A stretch of DNA of 63,392 nucleotides, the filler included, from Octopus bimaculoides (Eukaryota): assembly GCF_001194135.2 (NCBI RefSeq). It is 3 parts of 3 records of this genome, joined end to end, with 100 filler letters (N's around TTAATTAATTAA, not from the genome) between each part and the next. Parts side by side here need not be neighbours in the genome. Positions count along the whole stretch, not along the records: positions 1 to 24,099 come from NC_068986.1; positions 24,200 to 53,407 come from NC_069008.1; 1 more part is not named here. One strand, 5' to 3'. The notes under the pieces were generated by a model. That model did no database searches, was not told where the DNA came from, and saw only the letters and a list, made by a program, of their open reading frames with translations. Position numbers and translations under genes: made by a program. Positions 13,850 to 49,530 of this stretch are shown here, in pieces (positions within the stretch are counted from its first letter, which is position 1; every line of letters begins with the position of its first letter).

Positions 13850-14474
13850 CACACACAGAACACATACACACACGCACACACGCACGCATACACACGCACG
13901 CGCACATACGTATGTCGAAAACACGCATATAGACAGGACACGCACACATATATGGATACATAAGTATGTATGTGTATGAGTGTGCGTGTGTGTGTGTGTA
14001 TATGTGTGTGCTTATAAGTGTGTGCTTGTGTGTGTGTGTGTACTTATTTGAAAGTATGTATGTACCTGATTTCATTTCAGTCGTCATTTTGTCTATATTA
14101 TTATGTCTCTGTTTACACACACATAGACATACACAGAGGCAAACACACTTACCTACACACACCTACAAAAACACACACATACATACATGCATACACACAT
14201 GCATACATACGTACATACACACATGCATACACACGCAAGTGCCCACACATACATGTACATATACGTACATACACATACGTACATGCATAAATACACACAC
14301 ATATATACATGCATACATACACACTTACATACACATGACTACATATATATACATACACATACATACGTGCATACATACATACGTACACATACATACATAT
14401 ATATATATACGTACAAACACACACAAACATACATACATACATAAATGTACATACACACATAGATACATACATAC
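13850..14474. repeat. degenerate (CATA)/(CA) microsatellite field
   Basis: Low complexity. Similar TA/CA/GA tracts at 781-876, 19790-20010, 41060-41180, 42005-42120 and elsewhere. Confidence 0.9.
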
Positions 14475-17400
14475 NNNNNNNNNNNNNNNNNNNNNNNNNN
14501 NNNNNNNNNNNNNNNNNNNNNNNNNNNNNNNNNNNNNNNNNNNNNNNNNNNNNNNNNNNNNNNNNNNNNNNNNNNNNNNNNNNNNNNNNNNNNNNNNNNN
14601 NNNNNNNNNNNNNNNNNNNNNNNNNNNNNNNNNNNNNNNNNNNNNNNNNNNNNNNNNNNNNNNNNNNNNNNNNNNNNNNNNNNNNNNNNNNNNNNNNNNN
14701 NNNNNNNNNNNNNNNNNNNNNNNNNNNNNNNNNNNNNNNNNNNNNNNNNNNNNNNNNNNNNNNNNNNNNNNNNNNNNNNNNNNNNNNNNNNNNNNNNNNN
14801 NNNNNNNNNNNNNNNNNNNNNNNNNNNNNNNNNNNNNNNNNNNNNNNNNNNNNNNNNNNNNNNNNNNNNNNNNNNNNNNNNNNNNNNNNNNNNNNNNNNN
14901 NNNNNNNNNNNNNNNNNNNNNNNNNNNNNNNNNNNNNNNNNNNNNNNNNNNNNNNNNNNNNNNNNNNNNNNNNNNNNNNNNNNNNNNNNNNNNNNNNNNN
15001 NNNNNNNNNNNNNNNNNNNNNNNNNNNNNNNNNNNNNNNNNNNNNNNNNNNNNNNNNNNNNNNNNNNNNNNNNNNNNNNNNNNNNNNNNNNNNNNNNNNN
15101 NNNNNNNNNNNNNNNNNNNNNNNNNNNNNNNNNNNNNNNNNNNNNNNNNNNNNNNNNNNNNNNNNNNNNNNNNNNNNNNNNNNNNNNNNNNNNNNNNNNN
15201 NNNNNNNNNNNNNNNNNNNNNNNNNNNNNNNNNNNNNNNNNNNNNNNNNNNNNNNNNNNNNNNNNNNNNNNNNNNNNNNNNNNNNNNNNNNNNNNNNNNN
15301 NNNNNNNNNNNNNNNNNNNNNNNNNNNNNNNNNNNNNNNNNNNNNNNNNNNNNNNNNNNNNNNNNNNNNNNNNNNNNNNNNNNNNNNNNNNNNNNNNNNN
15401 NNNNNNNNNNNNNGTCTACCTTTAACGTAGTTCTCGGGGGTATTCAGCGTGACACAGCGTGACAAGGCTGACCCTTTGAATTACAGGCACAACAGAAACA
15501 GGAAGTAAGAATAAGAGAAAGTTGTGGTGAAAGAGTACAGCAGGGTTCGCCACCATTCCCTGCCGGACCCTCGTGGAGCTTTAGGTGTTTTCGCTCCATA
15601 AACACTCACAACGCCCGGTCTCGGAATCGAAACCGCGATCCTATGACTGCGAGTCCACTGCCCTAACCACTGGGCCATTGCGCCTCCACTGGGGGGTTAT
15701 GTACATCATGAAAAACGAGTAGCTGGGTTTATGAGCCCAACGACTCGAGATGAATGTCTCCTGGGGTTGATGGTGGTGATAACAGTGATGTGGGACACAC
15801 AAAAGTATAGTGTAACCCGTTGTCACTAGAAAAGGAATGTGGTTTCCTAACATGTCCCAGGATTTCACCCATTGAAGAAGGAGGCTATGTAGTCAGAAGA
15901 AGTGACAGATATTTCCTTGGCCCCTATAGCAATAACCTGGTGGATCGTCCAGAAAGTCTCAGATGAAAGATGAATAGACCTGAGCAACATGAAATCAGGT
16001 GCCTTATGGTTGTGTTGTTAACGTGTGTGCTACCTGGATCAGCCCTTGCATTTTCCACCATCCCACTAACGGTTCTCCAAGCTTATACAAGTGTATAGCG
16101 CAATCCCAAAAGGACTGTCTCAAAAAAAGCAGCCCTGGAGTGGACTGCACTACCTCACCCCCGCTACGCTACTGTTCATTCCAGTTCACACTGTCTGGTC
16201 TAAGAATTGAACGAACGAACTCGTGAACATATTACCACAAACCGAACAACTTAACCACTGGGCCTCACGCCTTCAAGAGTAGGAATTAGGCAGGTCATTA
16301 TCCTGAGCATCCGAACCTGTTTGCTTGCAAAAGTGTGGCTTCTATGAATGTCAGGCAGAAGGATACACGATGTTGTTAAATCACCGTGCAACGGATTATG
16401 TATTTTCAGCGGTTTTGCTACAGCTAATCCTCATAGAACTTCAGGCATCGTTGTTGTCATTTAAATCCAGAGTTAATCTTCTTAACTCTCTAGCGATGAC
16501 CATCCTGTCGTTCTTTTTTTTTACAGGAATATAACTACATTGTAATATAATCTTTTTTCTAATATAGTGTCTTAAAAAACAGGGTTTCTTCGGCTGCTAT
16601 TTCTAGCATGTCGCAAGAATATGAAACGAAGTGATTGCTAATCATTCGGAATTGTAACTCAAGTTTGTGGATTTAGTATGGCGACCGAAACCTCGAAATA
16701 CATAAAGCTTTCCGTGAAAGATACAAGGAAACTATGAACATACTATTCTATACGGAACGTTTCATTAATCATTTAGGAAAGGATGTGTGGTTCAGAGGCT
16801 CGCTTGGTAGCAACCAGGTTTCGATCTTGGTCCTAGTATGTGGCACCTTGGGTATAAGTCTTTTACTATAGCCCCTGTCTGAACAAAGCCATGCGACAGT
16901 TGACCACCACCAATCACTTTCAAAATAGCCAGTAAATTTGTAGAAGGTGGTTAATAAAGTAAAAAGGAACATGAAAAGAGTTCTATGGTGCATATCTTCT
17001 ATGTATCGGAAATATGGCGGAAACAGAATGTGAACAGGTTTTGATATTAATTTCTGATAATAGACACAAGGCCTTTGAAGGGAATGCAAAACTCGCTTTC
17101 ACCGACCCTCCTATATTACATTTTTTTGTTATTGACCCGGGGTGAATATAGCGCAAATTCGACCGCGGTATGGCTAAAATTTAGTGCATAGAGGGAAGAA
17201 TTACCGTAAACCATTTTATCGAAACATTTTGCCAGCCCACTGCAGGTTATGAAATTAGATACAGTAATCAAGGAGGGATGGTTTGCCAGTGTTTCTGAGT
17301 TCGCGCCCAATGATTATGGATACTACAAGGAAGTGGGGTACATATGATGCACAGAATCGGAAGTTTGAATTAGCTTTGGAATGAATTCCGGTGGACTGAA

Positions 17401-19792
17401 TTTAGTTAAAGAAGATAAGCTAATTTAATATTATAAAACGGAAAAAAATTTGTTATTATTCGTTTGATACTTTTTTTTAACTTCTCTAAATACTAAAAAT
17501 AAGTTTTATTGCATGGAAAATGAAATCTCTAATTGAGAAAATCCTATTAATTAGCCAATTATGCCGATTTAAGAATTTTTTTTCGAGGCTATTTTATGAA
17601 AATCCTTGTTGAAAAACTTCACAAAAATGATTTAAGTTCCATATAAATAACTGTAGCCTGGGCTATCACAAGTCATATAATAACTGTACTAATTGCAACA
17701 GGATACAGTTTATTTTCTCAAAAAGACAGTTTGGAATCATAGAGTATTATGACTTAAAATTTAATAATATGAGGGAGCCACAGTCTTTGAAAATTCTGAA
17801 CACATCCACCATTCTGTCACTAATGGTAAGGTTTCAAAAGTCTTTACCTAACTTCCATTAAGCTATGAGATGGTGTTTTAGTTACTTCCGGCTGTAATGA
17901 TTATAGTTTCATATGGTTCCAGCAGACATCACTCAGTAAAGATGTCCACATTTGCCGCGCTGGATTATGCACCAGGAATATGGTAGTAAAAATACGTATA
18001 TGGAACCAGTGGCAATTTGGTAATGTCATTATAGGTCGTAGAACACATGGCAGTGTTCTTTACCAGATTGATATTCTGGTGATTGATATAAGTTTTGCAG
18101 CTCCTGCAACCTTGTGAAGTAGTGGCAACATTCCAGCATTTCATGCACCAAAATTTCTGCTTCTGTAATCTATAGAATCAGATTTTGTTCAGTCATATGA
18201 ATGAAATGATGATATGCAAATAAATGCAATTAAACGAGAAATACGAATTTGGACAAGTTTAAAAAGTTATCCCAATCTTTTAATCTTCGATAAGATATTT
18301 CCCAAATCCTATTCCGACTGTATTGAATGTCGTCATTCGATATTTTTGTCTTTGTCACAGGGACGGGAACATCGTTTCACACAAATATCGCCAGGAAAAT
18401 GGAAGTAAAACCTTCATTGCTTAATTTTCAACGAACAGTTCATTTCTGATTTTTTTTTAACATTCCATACAATTTTACCGATGGATTCAGCATTTTTATT
18501 TGAAGTTATAACTGCCATAGAATTGTGGACTTCGTTTAACTCTTCTTCAAATGTATTAACGTTGACAAATAACTTGATGAACAAAAGAATCATTAACGTC
18601 AGCATTCGTAAATGGGATTCGCACCCAAATTTATTTCTTGGCATCTTCTGTTTGAATAAAGTGATTGAATTTTGTTAAAGAATTTGCTAGATGGTTTATG
18701 ATAATCTTCAGAACATCATTAAAATCATTACTTTAATCTACATTCAATAAAATAAATGCTGAAAAAAAAAAATTGCAGTTTTTATTTTCTTCGTTCCACT
18801 TTTCTTTAAACATTTGGAGCTTTTCTTCAAACACATTTTAACTTCTCCATTAAACCAATAATTGCTTGATCACAGTCTCATGGAGAGATATTTAAATCAT
18901 TTATTGCCAAAAAAAGAAACAAACAAAATAAAACAAAACTATCGGCGAGATAAGCTAATTGAAGCATCCACTTGGAATCTAGAAATCTTGAAGCCAAAGT
19001 ATGATAAATTTTTCTTTTTTCTTCTGATAAGATGTTTTCGACATCACTTCGCAAGTGACATAACTCAGTACAGAACTTTTCTGTGAGATAACAATCTAAT
19101 CACCAAGAAACATAGAAAATGTTCTTATTCGGTTCCAACCAAAGAACAAAAATCACTGAAAAGTCTATTACTGAGAGATTCACAAATTAAACTTCGTCTT
19201 TCTTAATTAAACCCAACACCAATTATATACTTTTCAAGCAAAACTGTCTCAGTAAAACATATTCGGAATACTTTAACATGAGGATAAGTCCTCTTTGAAA
19301 TAAATAATGCACCTGGTGTACGTTGAACAGTGAGAATTCGACCAAAAGACGTAGTTAATCATTCTCAATACATTCTGACAGACTCAAATGTGAACTCGTT
19401 TCGAACATCAACAGATTCTAACGCAAACACATTATTATCAGTTTGTTAGATATCAGCAGGTAACAGCAAATGGTTCACTGGCCAGAAGTAGATTTGTCTG
19501 AAGAGAAACAATAAAGGCGAAACATTTCGAGATCTCAAAGTCCGATTATACCAATCCGTCGTATTTCGTCTGGCATTTCATGTTCAGAGTTACAATCACG
19601 TCGAAGTCGATTTTAGCTGTCAACATTTCAGGGTCGATGAAATAAAGCAATTGGGTCGATGTAGTTGACTTCTCAAAATTGCTGGCCTTGGCTCCTGCAA
19701 TGAACCGGCTTCCCTTTAAAGGGAGAATTGTGACCTCACGCACTTATACGCCACCAAAACTGGTTAACCGGTTCTGTGAGTCTTACAACTCA

Positions 19793-19899
<107 letters not shown>

Positions 19900-20523
19900 T
19901 CTGTGTGTGTGTCTGTGTGTGTGTGTGCGTTTGTGTGTGTGTATATGTGTGTGTATATGTGTGTGTACGTGTACGTGTGTGTGTGTGGTTGTGTGTATGT
20001 CTGTATTTATATATACGATGGACTTCCGTCAGTCTCCGTCTGCTAAATCCACTCACAAGGCTTTCTCTCCATTTTCTCCCAACGTTTGAGCTCCCCTACC
20101 AAAGGTTCTAGCATTTACCTCTCTCACCACACCACCCATATATAAATCAAACAGCCACTGAGACAACACACAACCTTCTCTTAACCCCACCTTCACATCA
20201 AACTACTCACTTACTTCACCACCCACCCGAACGCACACCTTACTATCTCTAATGTTTGACCTGTTCAGAGTTTTTATAGAGAAAATATATAAATATTTTA
20301 TTCCTAAAAATATTGCTGACGTTGACTTCGTGTTTTGGCCTCTTAATCCACCGTTTCACTGCTGCAATTTAACGTTGATTTAACTGACCTAAACTTCGAA
20401 GTTACAATGAGCAATATTCTTGTTTAAGAATGAAGTTGTACTCTACCAAACCCTCAGATTAATGTAAAACTGTTTTTATTATAACCAAATATAAAAACAG
20501 ACGTTTACATATATTTACATAAA

Positions 20524-20885
20524 GGCACAGGAGAGGCTGTGTGGTAAGTAGCTTGATTACGAACCACAGGGTTCCGGGTTCAGTCTCACTGCGTGGCACT
20601 TTGGGCAAGTGTCTTCTACTATAAGCTCGGCTTGACTATAGGCTTGTGAATGGAGTTGGTAGACGAAATTGAAAGAAACCCGTCGTATTTNNNNNNNNNN
20701 TTTGCATATTTGTGTTTGTCCTCCCAAAATCGCTTGGCAACCGATGCTGGTGTGTTTACATCCCCATAGTTTAACGGTTCGGCAAAAAAAATGACCGATA
20801 GAATAAGTACTAGGCTTACAAAAAATAAGTCCTGGGGTCGGTTTGCTCGACTAAAGGTGATGCTTCAGCATGGCAGCAGGGAAAT
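20524..20885 (+). mobile_element. dominant CORE-type SINE copy
   Basis: Same family; small N gap inside. Confidence 0.85.
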
Positions 20886-22229
20886 GCAAAAAAACAAATA
20901 AAAGAATATGTATATATATATATATATATATACACACATTTATATATATATATATATGTATATATGTGTATGTTTATGTGTGTGCCTCTGTGTGTGTACA
21001 TACACACAGACATACAGACATATGTATAGGCGCATATAAATCTATTATATTATATTTCTTCATTCACGTATGCAAATTGATTATGCACATTATATTCAAC
21101 GAGGCGCGAGTCACAATTATATGCAGAAAAATATAGTTTAGGAAAAAAAAAACAAAAACAGAAAAAAAAAAAGCATTTACAATATTTCAGCCATGATATT
21201 ATAGCGAACTACATGTAAATGTACATACACTTAAAAAAAAAGTTATGTAGACCAGCGCGAAACCTGAAATATATTTATATATCATATATAAACATATATG
21301 TGTGTGTGTATTCGTATAAGCACATCAAAGTTGAGTAAAAAATGCGAATATCAAAATGATGATGGTATATAAGCTGGATTGGATACATATATAAAAAAAT
21401 GAGAGAGAGACAGCGATAGAGAGAAAGTGAGAGAGGGAGCTTGCAAAGAAAAATACGGTGTTTGTAAAAGAAATATATGGAAATCCAGCGAAAATTATCC
21501 GCCATGTTTGATTAAATATCTTGTGTTATAAATATATAATGAAAAGAAAAAAAAATATTTCAGAAATAATGTTTTATTTATACATATCATATATAACATA
21601 ACGGATATGATGTAATGTCTATACATGCATACATACACACACATGTATATATATGGATATGTATATGCATTTGTGTATGAGTGTATATATAAACATATAT
21701 ATAAACTTATATATATGTGTGTATGTGTATAAGAGTATATAGATTTTTATTTATGTCTAATATAAAAGAAATAGGAGAAATATTAAAGACAGCATGAATA
21801 TTATAGAGTATGGGAAAAAAATTAAATATATGTATATAATATACGTTTACGTTTATATATACTCAGTCAGCCGTCTGTTTTATACACGCATATACACGAT
21901 ATGAAAATATATTTATGCATATTATTTATAAATAATGTATGTCTTTTTTCAAACACGCTTCCATGTGGAAAGAGAGAGAGCGGGGGGAGAAATATAGAAA
22001 GAAAACAAGTATGAGAGATTGTGTGTGGTTGTGCGCGTGTGTGTGTGTGTGACACAGAGAAAGAGAGAGAGAGATAGTAAGAGACAGACGGACAGACAGG
22101 CAGACAGATGAAGAAAATATATATCGTATGTATTACATACATTAATGGAATACATCTTTATTTCAGACTATATATATATATATATATATATNNNNNNNNN
22201 NNNNNNNNNNNNNNNNNNNNNNNNNNNNN

Positions 22230-22263
<34 letters not shown>

Positions 22264-23707
22264 CGTATATATATCTATATATGTATATATATACATATAT
22301 GTATACATGCGAGCAATGCGGGCATACATACATACATACATTCATACATACATATATTCAAATATACAAACTTACACAGACACAGAAACACATATACACA
22401 CATACACACATATATACACACCCGTACACACATATATACCTTTAGCAAATGCATTCTAAAATTGTACATTATTTGATGCATTATATATAAAAGTATATTA
22501 TGTACATATTGAATTATATTATAAAGGTATAATATATAAAATATATAGAAAGATTATAGAAGTACGCTTAGCACATTATAAAAAGTTATATCCAATCTAT
22601 CTTGGGGATGTGTGTGTGTGGATATGTGTGTGCATGTATGTGTCATTGTGTATTTGTGTGTGCATGTGTGTGTATGCTTGTGCTTGGTAAAATGCAGATT
22701 CTAATGTCCTGAAAACCGAATATTTCTAGGCCTTATTCCATTCATCTATAATCACATATTCTGTTTAGTGAGTGATTGTCTTCGAACGTATCCGCTTCCT
22801 TCCATGTTAAAATCCGTTTGAGTGGACTTCGAGAACGATTTCGTTGTTATTTCTAGCAAGTCGATCAGTCTAACAGAGTGTGCACACTTACGGTTTTGTA
22901 AACGTGTTTCCGGCCGTGAGGATTGCGTAAGCAGATTTTGGTTCACGTGGGCCAGAATTTTGTTATTCAAAACTCTTTAGTTTTGTATCCTTAGGTTTTA
23001 GGAAAAAAAAATCAATAGAAAACACTCGGATTCGGCTGACGTTGACCGTCCCTCCAATTCCCAAACTGACCGTCACTGCATGGCATCGAAGTTTCAGTTT
23101 TATACATCTGGATTTTGCACTTCAAATAGCAATAGTTTTGGCTTCCAAGGCGGGCAGCTTTCCTCGCTGTTACGAAACACGCATGAAATATCAACGTGGA
23201 GTGGAATGGTCGTATTTATATTCAAGAAAAACTAAACTTAACATTCTCGTTTTTCAACTAAATTACAGTAAAAAAAAAAGACTATAAAGTCTCACAACAT
23301 CACCAACTATCTTACTATCTATGTATGTATATCACAGTTTATAGTTTCCCCTTCAACCGTAGTTTTCAAACCTTTTACAAAATGGAGGGTGAATCATGGA
23401 GTGTCCGGCTGTGTCCGATCAGCCTAGGAAATCTCTTCCTCAGGTTGAGCACTGGTGATCTGCTGAGACCGAAGACAAGGGGTTGGCTCTGAACTGGGGC
23501 AGCTCATGCTTTCTTTTTGCACCTGCTATCCTGTTCTGTTCGGAAGAGGTGGCACCCACGTCTGTGGGTGCAGCTTTGGTAAACAGAGCAGTTCTATGTC
23601 TGCATTGCCAAAGAGTCGGCGTTGATCTCAAAGCATTTCAGTGAGGCTTCGAGTGTATCCTTGAAGCGCATTTTCTGTCCACTTTGTGTGTTGTGTATGA
23701 ACGCCAA

Positions 23708-24097
23708 GTGGAGGCGCAGTGGCCCAGTGGTTAGGGCAACGGATTCGTGGTCATAGGATTACGGTTTCGATTCCCAGACCGGGCGTTGTAAGCGTTTATT
23801 GAGTGAAAATACCTAAAGCTCCACGAGGCTCCGGCAGGGGATGGTGGAGGACCCTGCTGTACTCTTTCACCACAACTTTCTCTCACTCTTACTTCCTGTT
23901 TCTGTTGTGCCTGTAATTCAAAGGGTCAGCCTTGTCACACTGTGTCACGCTGAATATCCCCGAGAACTTCGTTAAGGGTACACGTGTCTGTGGAGTGCTC
24001 AGCCACTTACACGTTAATTTCACGAGCAGGCTGTTCCGTTGATCGGATCAACTGGAACCCTCGACGTCGTAAGCGACGGAGTGTCAACAACAACAAT
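23708..24097 (+). mobile_element. second tRNA-derived SINE family, full length, (CAA)n tail
   Basis: tRNA-like head ggcccagtggttagggc...gtttcgattccc; the body is shared with copies at 15414-15689 (-), 50054-50351 (-), 54428-54723 (+) and 60105-60197 (-). Confidence 0.88.
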
Positions 24098-24099
24098 AT

Positions 24100-24199
24100 N
24101 NNNNNNNNNNNNNNNNNNNNNNNNNNNNNNNNNNNNNNNNNNNTTAATTAATTAANNNNNNNNNNNNNNNNNNNNNNNNNNNNNNNNNNNNNNNNNNNN
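24100..24199. other. artificial scaffold-join spacer (44 N + TTAATTAATTAA + 44 N)
   Basis: Exactly symmetric 100-bp structure with stop codons in all six frames; identical to 53408-53507. Confidence 0.9.
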
Positions 24200-24854
24200 A
24201 TATGCATATATGCATGTATAAATAAATTAACGTAGGCAGGTGTATACAATATAAAACCCTTTCTCCCAATATATGTAAATATATACATACATATACGCAC
24301 ACACACATATATACATATATATATGTATATATATTCCTTGGTTTTTGCCCAAATTATCTGCAGTAATATTGAAATTTTGCCCGTGTTGTACAACATTACA
24401 GTACACAGAATATATATTGGGGCAACAAACACAAACACACACACACGCATTCACACACGCATATCCACACGCACACTCATACGCACATGTGCGCACATAC
24501 AGAAGCACAAATATACATATACACAAATGCGTATGCATGTATTCGTCTAATTGTATGTGTTCAAGTATCGTTCTAAATGCGTATACATATATATGCGTGT
24601 GTCTGTTTGTGTTATTCTTATATATGTAAATGTGTGTGTTTGTGTGAGTGTTATTCTTATATGCGCATAGGCCTGTCTACGTATATGTGTGTATACATGA
24701 ATGCATATATGTAGTGTGTACGCATATAGATACGTATATATATATATATATATANNNNNNNNNNNNNNNNNNNNNNNNNNNNNNNNNNNNNNNNNNNNNN
24801 NNNNNNNNNNNNNNNNNNNNNNNNNNNNNNNNNNNNNNNNNNNNNNNNNNNNNN

Positions 24855-26140
24855 GTTCGCTAATTCGGTCCTACGTTGATGCCTTGGTTCGTTCGTTCGT
24901 TCATTCATTTGTACGTACTTTCGTTCGTTCGATGGTTCCTTCGTACGTACGATTGTTCGTTTGTTCTTTCGTTCCACCGTTCGTTCGTTGTGTCGTCTGT
25001 ACGTACGTTTGTTCTTTCAGTCGTATGTACGTACGTTCATTCGTTCGAACGTACGCACGTTCGTTCTTTCAATAATTCGTTCGTTCGTTCATTCATACGT
25101 GCGTTCGTTCTCTCATTCATTCATTTGTTCTTTCGTTAGTTCGGTCGTACGTACGTATGTTCATTCCTTTGTTCGTTCGTATGCACGTACGTTTGCTCGT
25201 TCGTTAGTTCGTACGTACATACGTTCTTTCCTAATTCCCTGCCTACGTACGTACGTTCGTTTGGTCGTACGTACGTACGTTTGCTCGTTCGTTCGTACGT
25301 ACATACGTTCTTTCCTTATTCCCTGCCTACGTAATACGTACGTTCGTTCATACGTATGCTAGTTCGTACGTACGTAAGTACTTGCGTACGTACATTCCTT
25401 CGTTCTTTCGTACGTACTACGTACGTTCGCTCGTACATACGTTCTTTCCTTCTTCCCTGCCTACGTACGTACGTTCGTTCGATCGTCCGTTGTTACGAAC
25501 GTACGTACGTTCGTTCATACGTAGGGAAAAGCGTTCGTTCGTTCATTCGTACGTACGATTATTCGTTTGTTCTTCCGTTCGTTGCTTCGGAAGTACGTAC
25601 GTTCGGTCGTATGTACGTACGTTCATTCGTTCGTACGTATGTTCATTCGTTCGTACGTACATAGTTCTTTCCTTATTCCCTGCCTACGTAATACGTAAGT
25701 ACATTCGTTCGTTCGGTTATACGTACGTACATACATTCGTTTGTTCGTTACTACGTACGTTCGTTCGTTCAATCGTACGTTATTTCAATAGTTCGTTCGT
25801 ATGTACGTACGTACGTTTGTGCGTTCGTTCGATCGTTCATTCTTACGTACGTACGTAGGGACGAACGTTCGTTCCTTCCTTCGTTCGGCCGTCCTTTCGT
25901 TCCTTGGTTCGTTCGTTCATACGTACGTTCGTTCGTTCGTTCTTACGTACGTACGTTCGATCGTTCATTAGTTCGTACGTACGTTTGTTGGTTTGTTCTT
26001 TCGTTCGTTCGGTTGTACGTACGTACGTTCGTTCGTTAGCTCGGTCGTATGTACGTAAGTTTGCTCGTTCGTACGTACATACTTCTTTCCTCATTCCCTG
26101 CCTACGTAATACGTACGTACGTTCGTTCGTTCGTTCGTTC
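24855..26140. repeat. CpG-rich compound (TTCG)/(TACG) satellite with a recurring about 33-nt spacer motif
   Basis: Mixed cgtt/cgta tetramers; acata(c)gttctttcct.attccctgcctacgta recurs at about 25215, 25298, 25434, 25660 and 26077. Confidence 0.9.
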
Positions 26141-26142
26141 TT

Positions 26143-26875
26143 GTGATGATACCTCTTTCCAAGTGCACATTACCAGAATGGCAACAAAGTGCAGACGATT
26201 GGCTGGATGGATCCTGAGAACATTCAGAACCAGAGATAAGGAAACCATGATGATCCTCTGGAGGACATTCGTCCTCAGCCGCCTGGATTACTGCTCACAG
26301 CTGTGTTCAGCCACCAGTGTGAAATTAACAGCAGACCTTGAAGCAATCCAGAGAAGATTCACAAGGAAGATTGTCTCTTTGCAACTGCTCAGCTACTGGG
26401 AAAGGCTGAAACAGCTAAGACTCTACTCCCTGGAGAGAAGGCGGGAGAGGTATGCAGTAATATNNNNNNNNNNNNNNNNNNNNNNNNNNNNNNNNNNNNN
26501 NNNNNNNNNNNNNNNNNNNNNNNNNNNNNNNNNNNNNNNNNNNNNNNNNNNNNNNNNNNNNNNNNNNNNNNNNNNNNNNNNNNNNNNNNTTGGGTTTCAG
26601 GGGCCCACAGCTTTTTAATATTCTCCCAAAGAGCCTGAGGAACCTGCACAAAGTAGATGTAGAGGTTTTTAAATCAAAGCTGGACCTCTTCCTGTCGAGG
26701 GTCCCAGATGAACCTACCTCACGGCAAGAAGTGCAAATGAGGGTTGCTAAATCAAACTCCATTCTTCACCAAGTGCCACATATTGTAGGAGGCTCCCTGT
26801 AATAACAGTGTAGCAACACGGCGGTGCATCAGCATGGCCGCAGCTCTAAGCTGAAACTATATAAAAGATAAAAGA
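26143..26875 (+). mobile_element. 5'-truncated CR1-clade LINE (RT C-terminus + 3' tail)
   Basis: SRLDYCSQL...LEAIQRRFTRKI...LSYWERLKQLRLYSLERRRER...LFNILPKSLR...FKSKLDLFL, then a short 3' UTR and AAAAGAT repeats; interrupted by an N gap. Confidence 0.88.
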
Positions 26876-26945
26876 TATATATATATATATACACATTTAT
26901 ATATATATATACATATACACATTCATTTATTTATACATATACACA

Positions 26946-26951
26946 TTTATT
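26946..26951 (-). promoter_or_regulatory. candidate polyadenylation signal AATAAA for SLC38A9
   Basis: TTTATT on the + strand about 140 nt past the stop, with another at about 26926; the region is AT-rich, so chance occurrence is likely. Confidence 0.25.
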
Positions 26952-27088
26952 GATATATACACATTTATATATATATGTACACACACGTGTGTGTTTGCAT
27001 GAGTGAATACATGTATTTAAAAGACAAACACACACACGGACTATATTCAAAGACGTGAAGGTGATGTCGTTGCTATTTGTTGCCCTCT

Positions 27089-48923
<21,835 letters not shown>

Positions 48924-49495
48924 CTGCAACAGACAAGAACAAAGGTTAGTCTCTCTCTCTCTCTCTCTCTCTCACTCACTCACAAACACAATTCTATGGA
49001 GGCACAGCTAAACACATATATACCCAGACATACGCATAGAGTCAAAGGTACAACCAACATACATAGATGACTATACATACTCTTTACTCTTTTACTTGTT
49101 TCAGTCTTTTGACTGTGGCCATGCTGGAGCACCGCCTTTAGTTGAGCAAATCGACCCCAGGACTTATTCATTGGAAGCCTAGTACTTATTCCATCGGTCT
49201 GTTTTGCCAAACCGCTAAGTTACGGGGACGTAAACACACCAGCATCAGTTGTCAAGCGATGTTGGGGGGACAAACACAGACACACAAACATATATATATA
49301 TACATATATACGACAGGCTTCTTTCAGTTTCCATCTACCGGATCCACTCACAAAGCATTGGTCAGCCCAAGATTATAGAAGACACTTGCCCTAGGTGCTA
49401 CGCAGTGGGAATGAACCCAGAACCATGTGGTTGGTAAGCAAGCTACTTACCACACAGCCACTCCTGCGCCTATATATATATATATATATACATAC

Positions 49496-49530
<35 letters not shown>

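Noticed and set aside
17116-18700. AT-rich region with weak transposase-like peptide fragments
   Set aside because: Multiple stops and no diagnostic motif that I can assign confidently.
19030-19520. Degenerate hammerhead-like words (CTGAAGAG...CGAAAC at about 19497; a minus-strand motif at about 19040-19075) in possible old Penelope debris
   Set aside because: Stem II or the core is not intact, so they are too degraded to call.
23708-23790. tRNA-like sequences (also 54428, 15689, 9838 and others)
   Set aside because: They continue directly into shared SINE bodies and have no proper acceptor stem, so they are SINE heads rather than tRNA genes.
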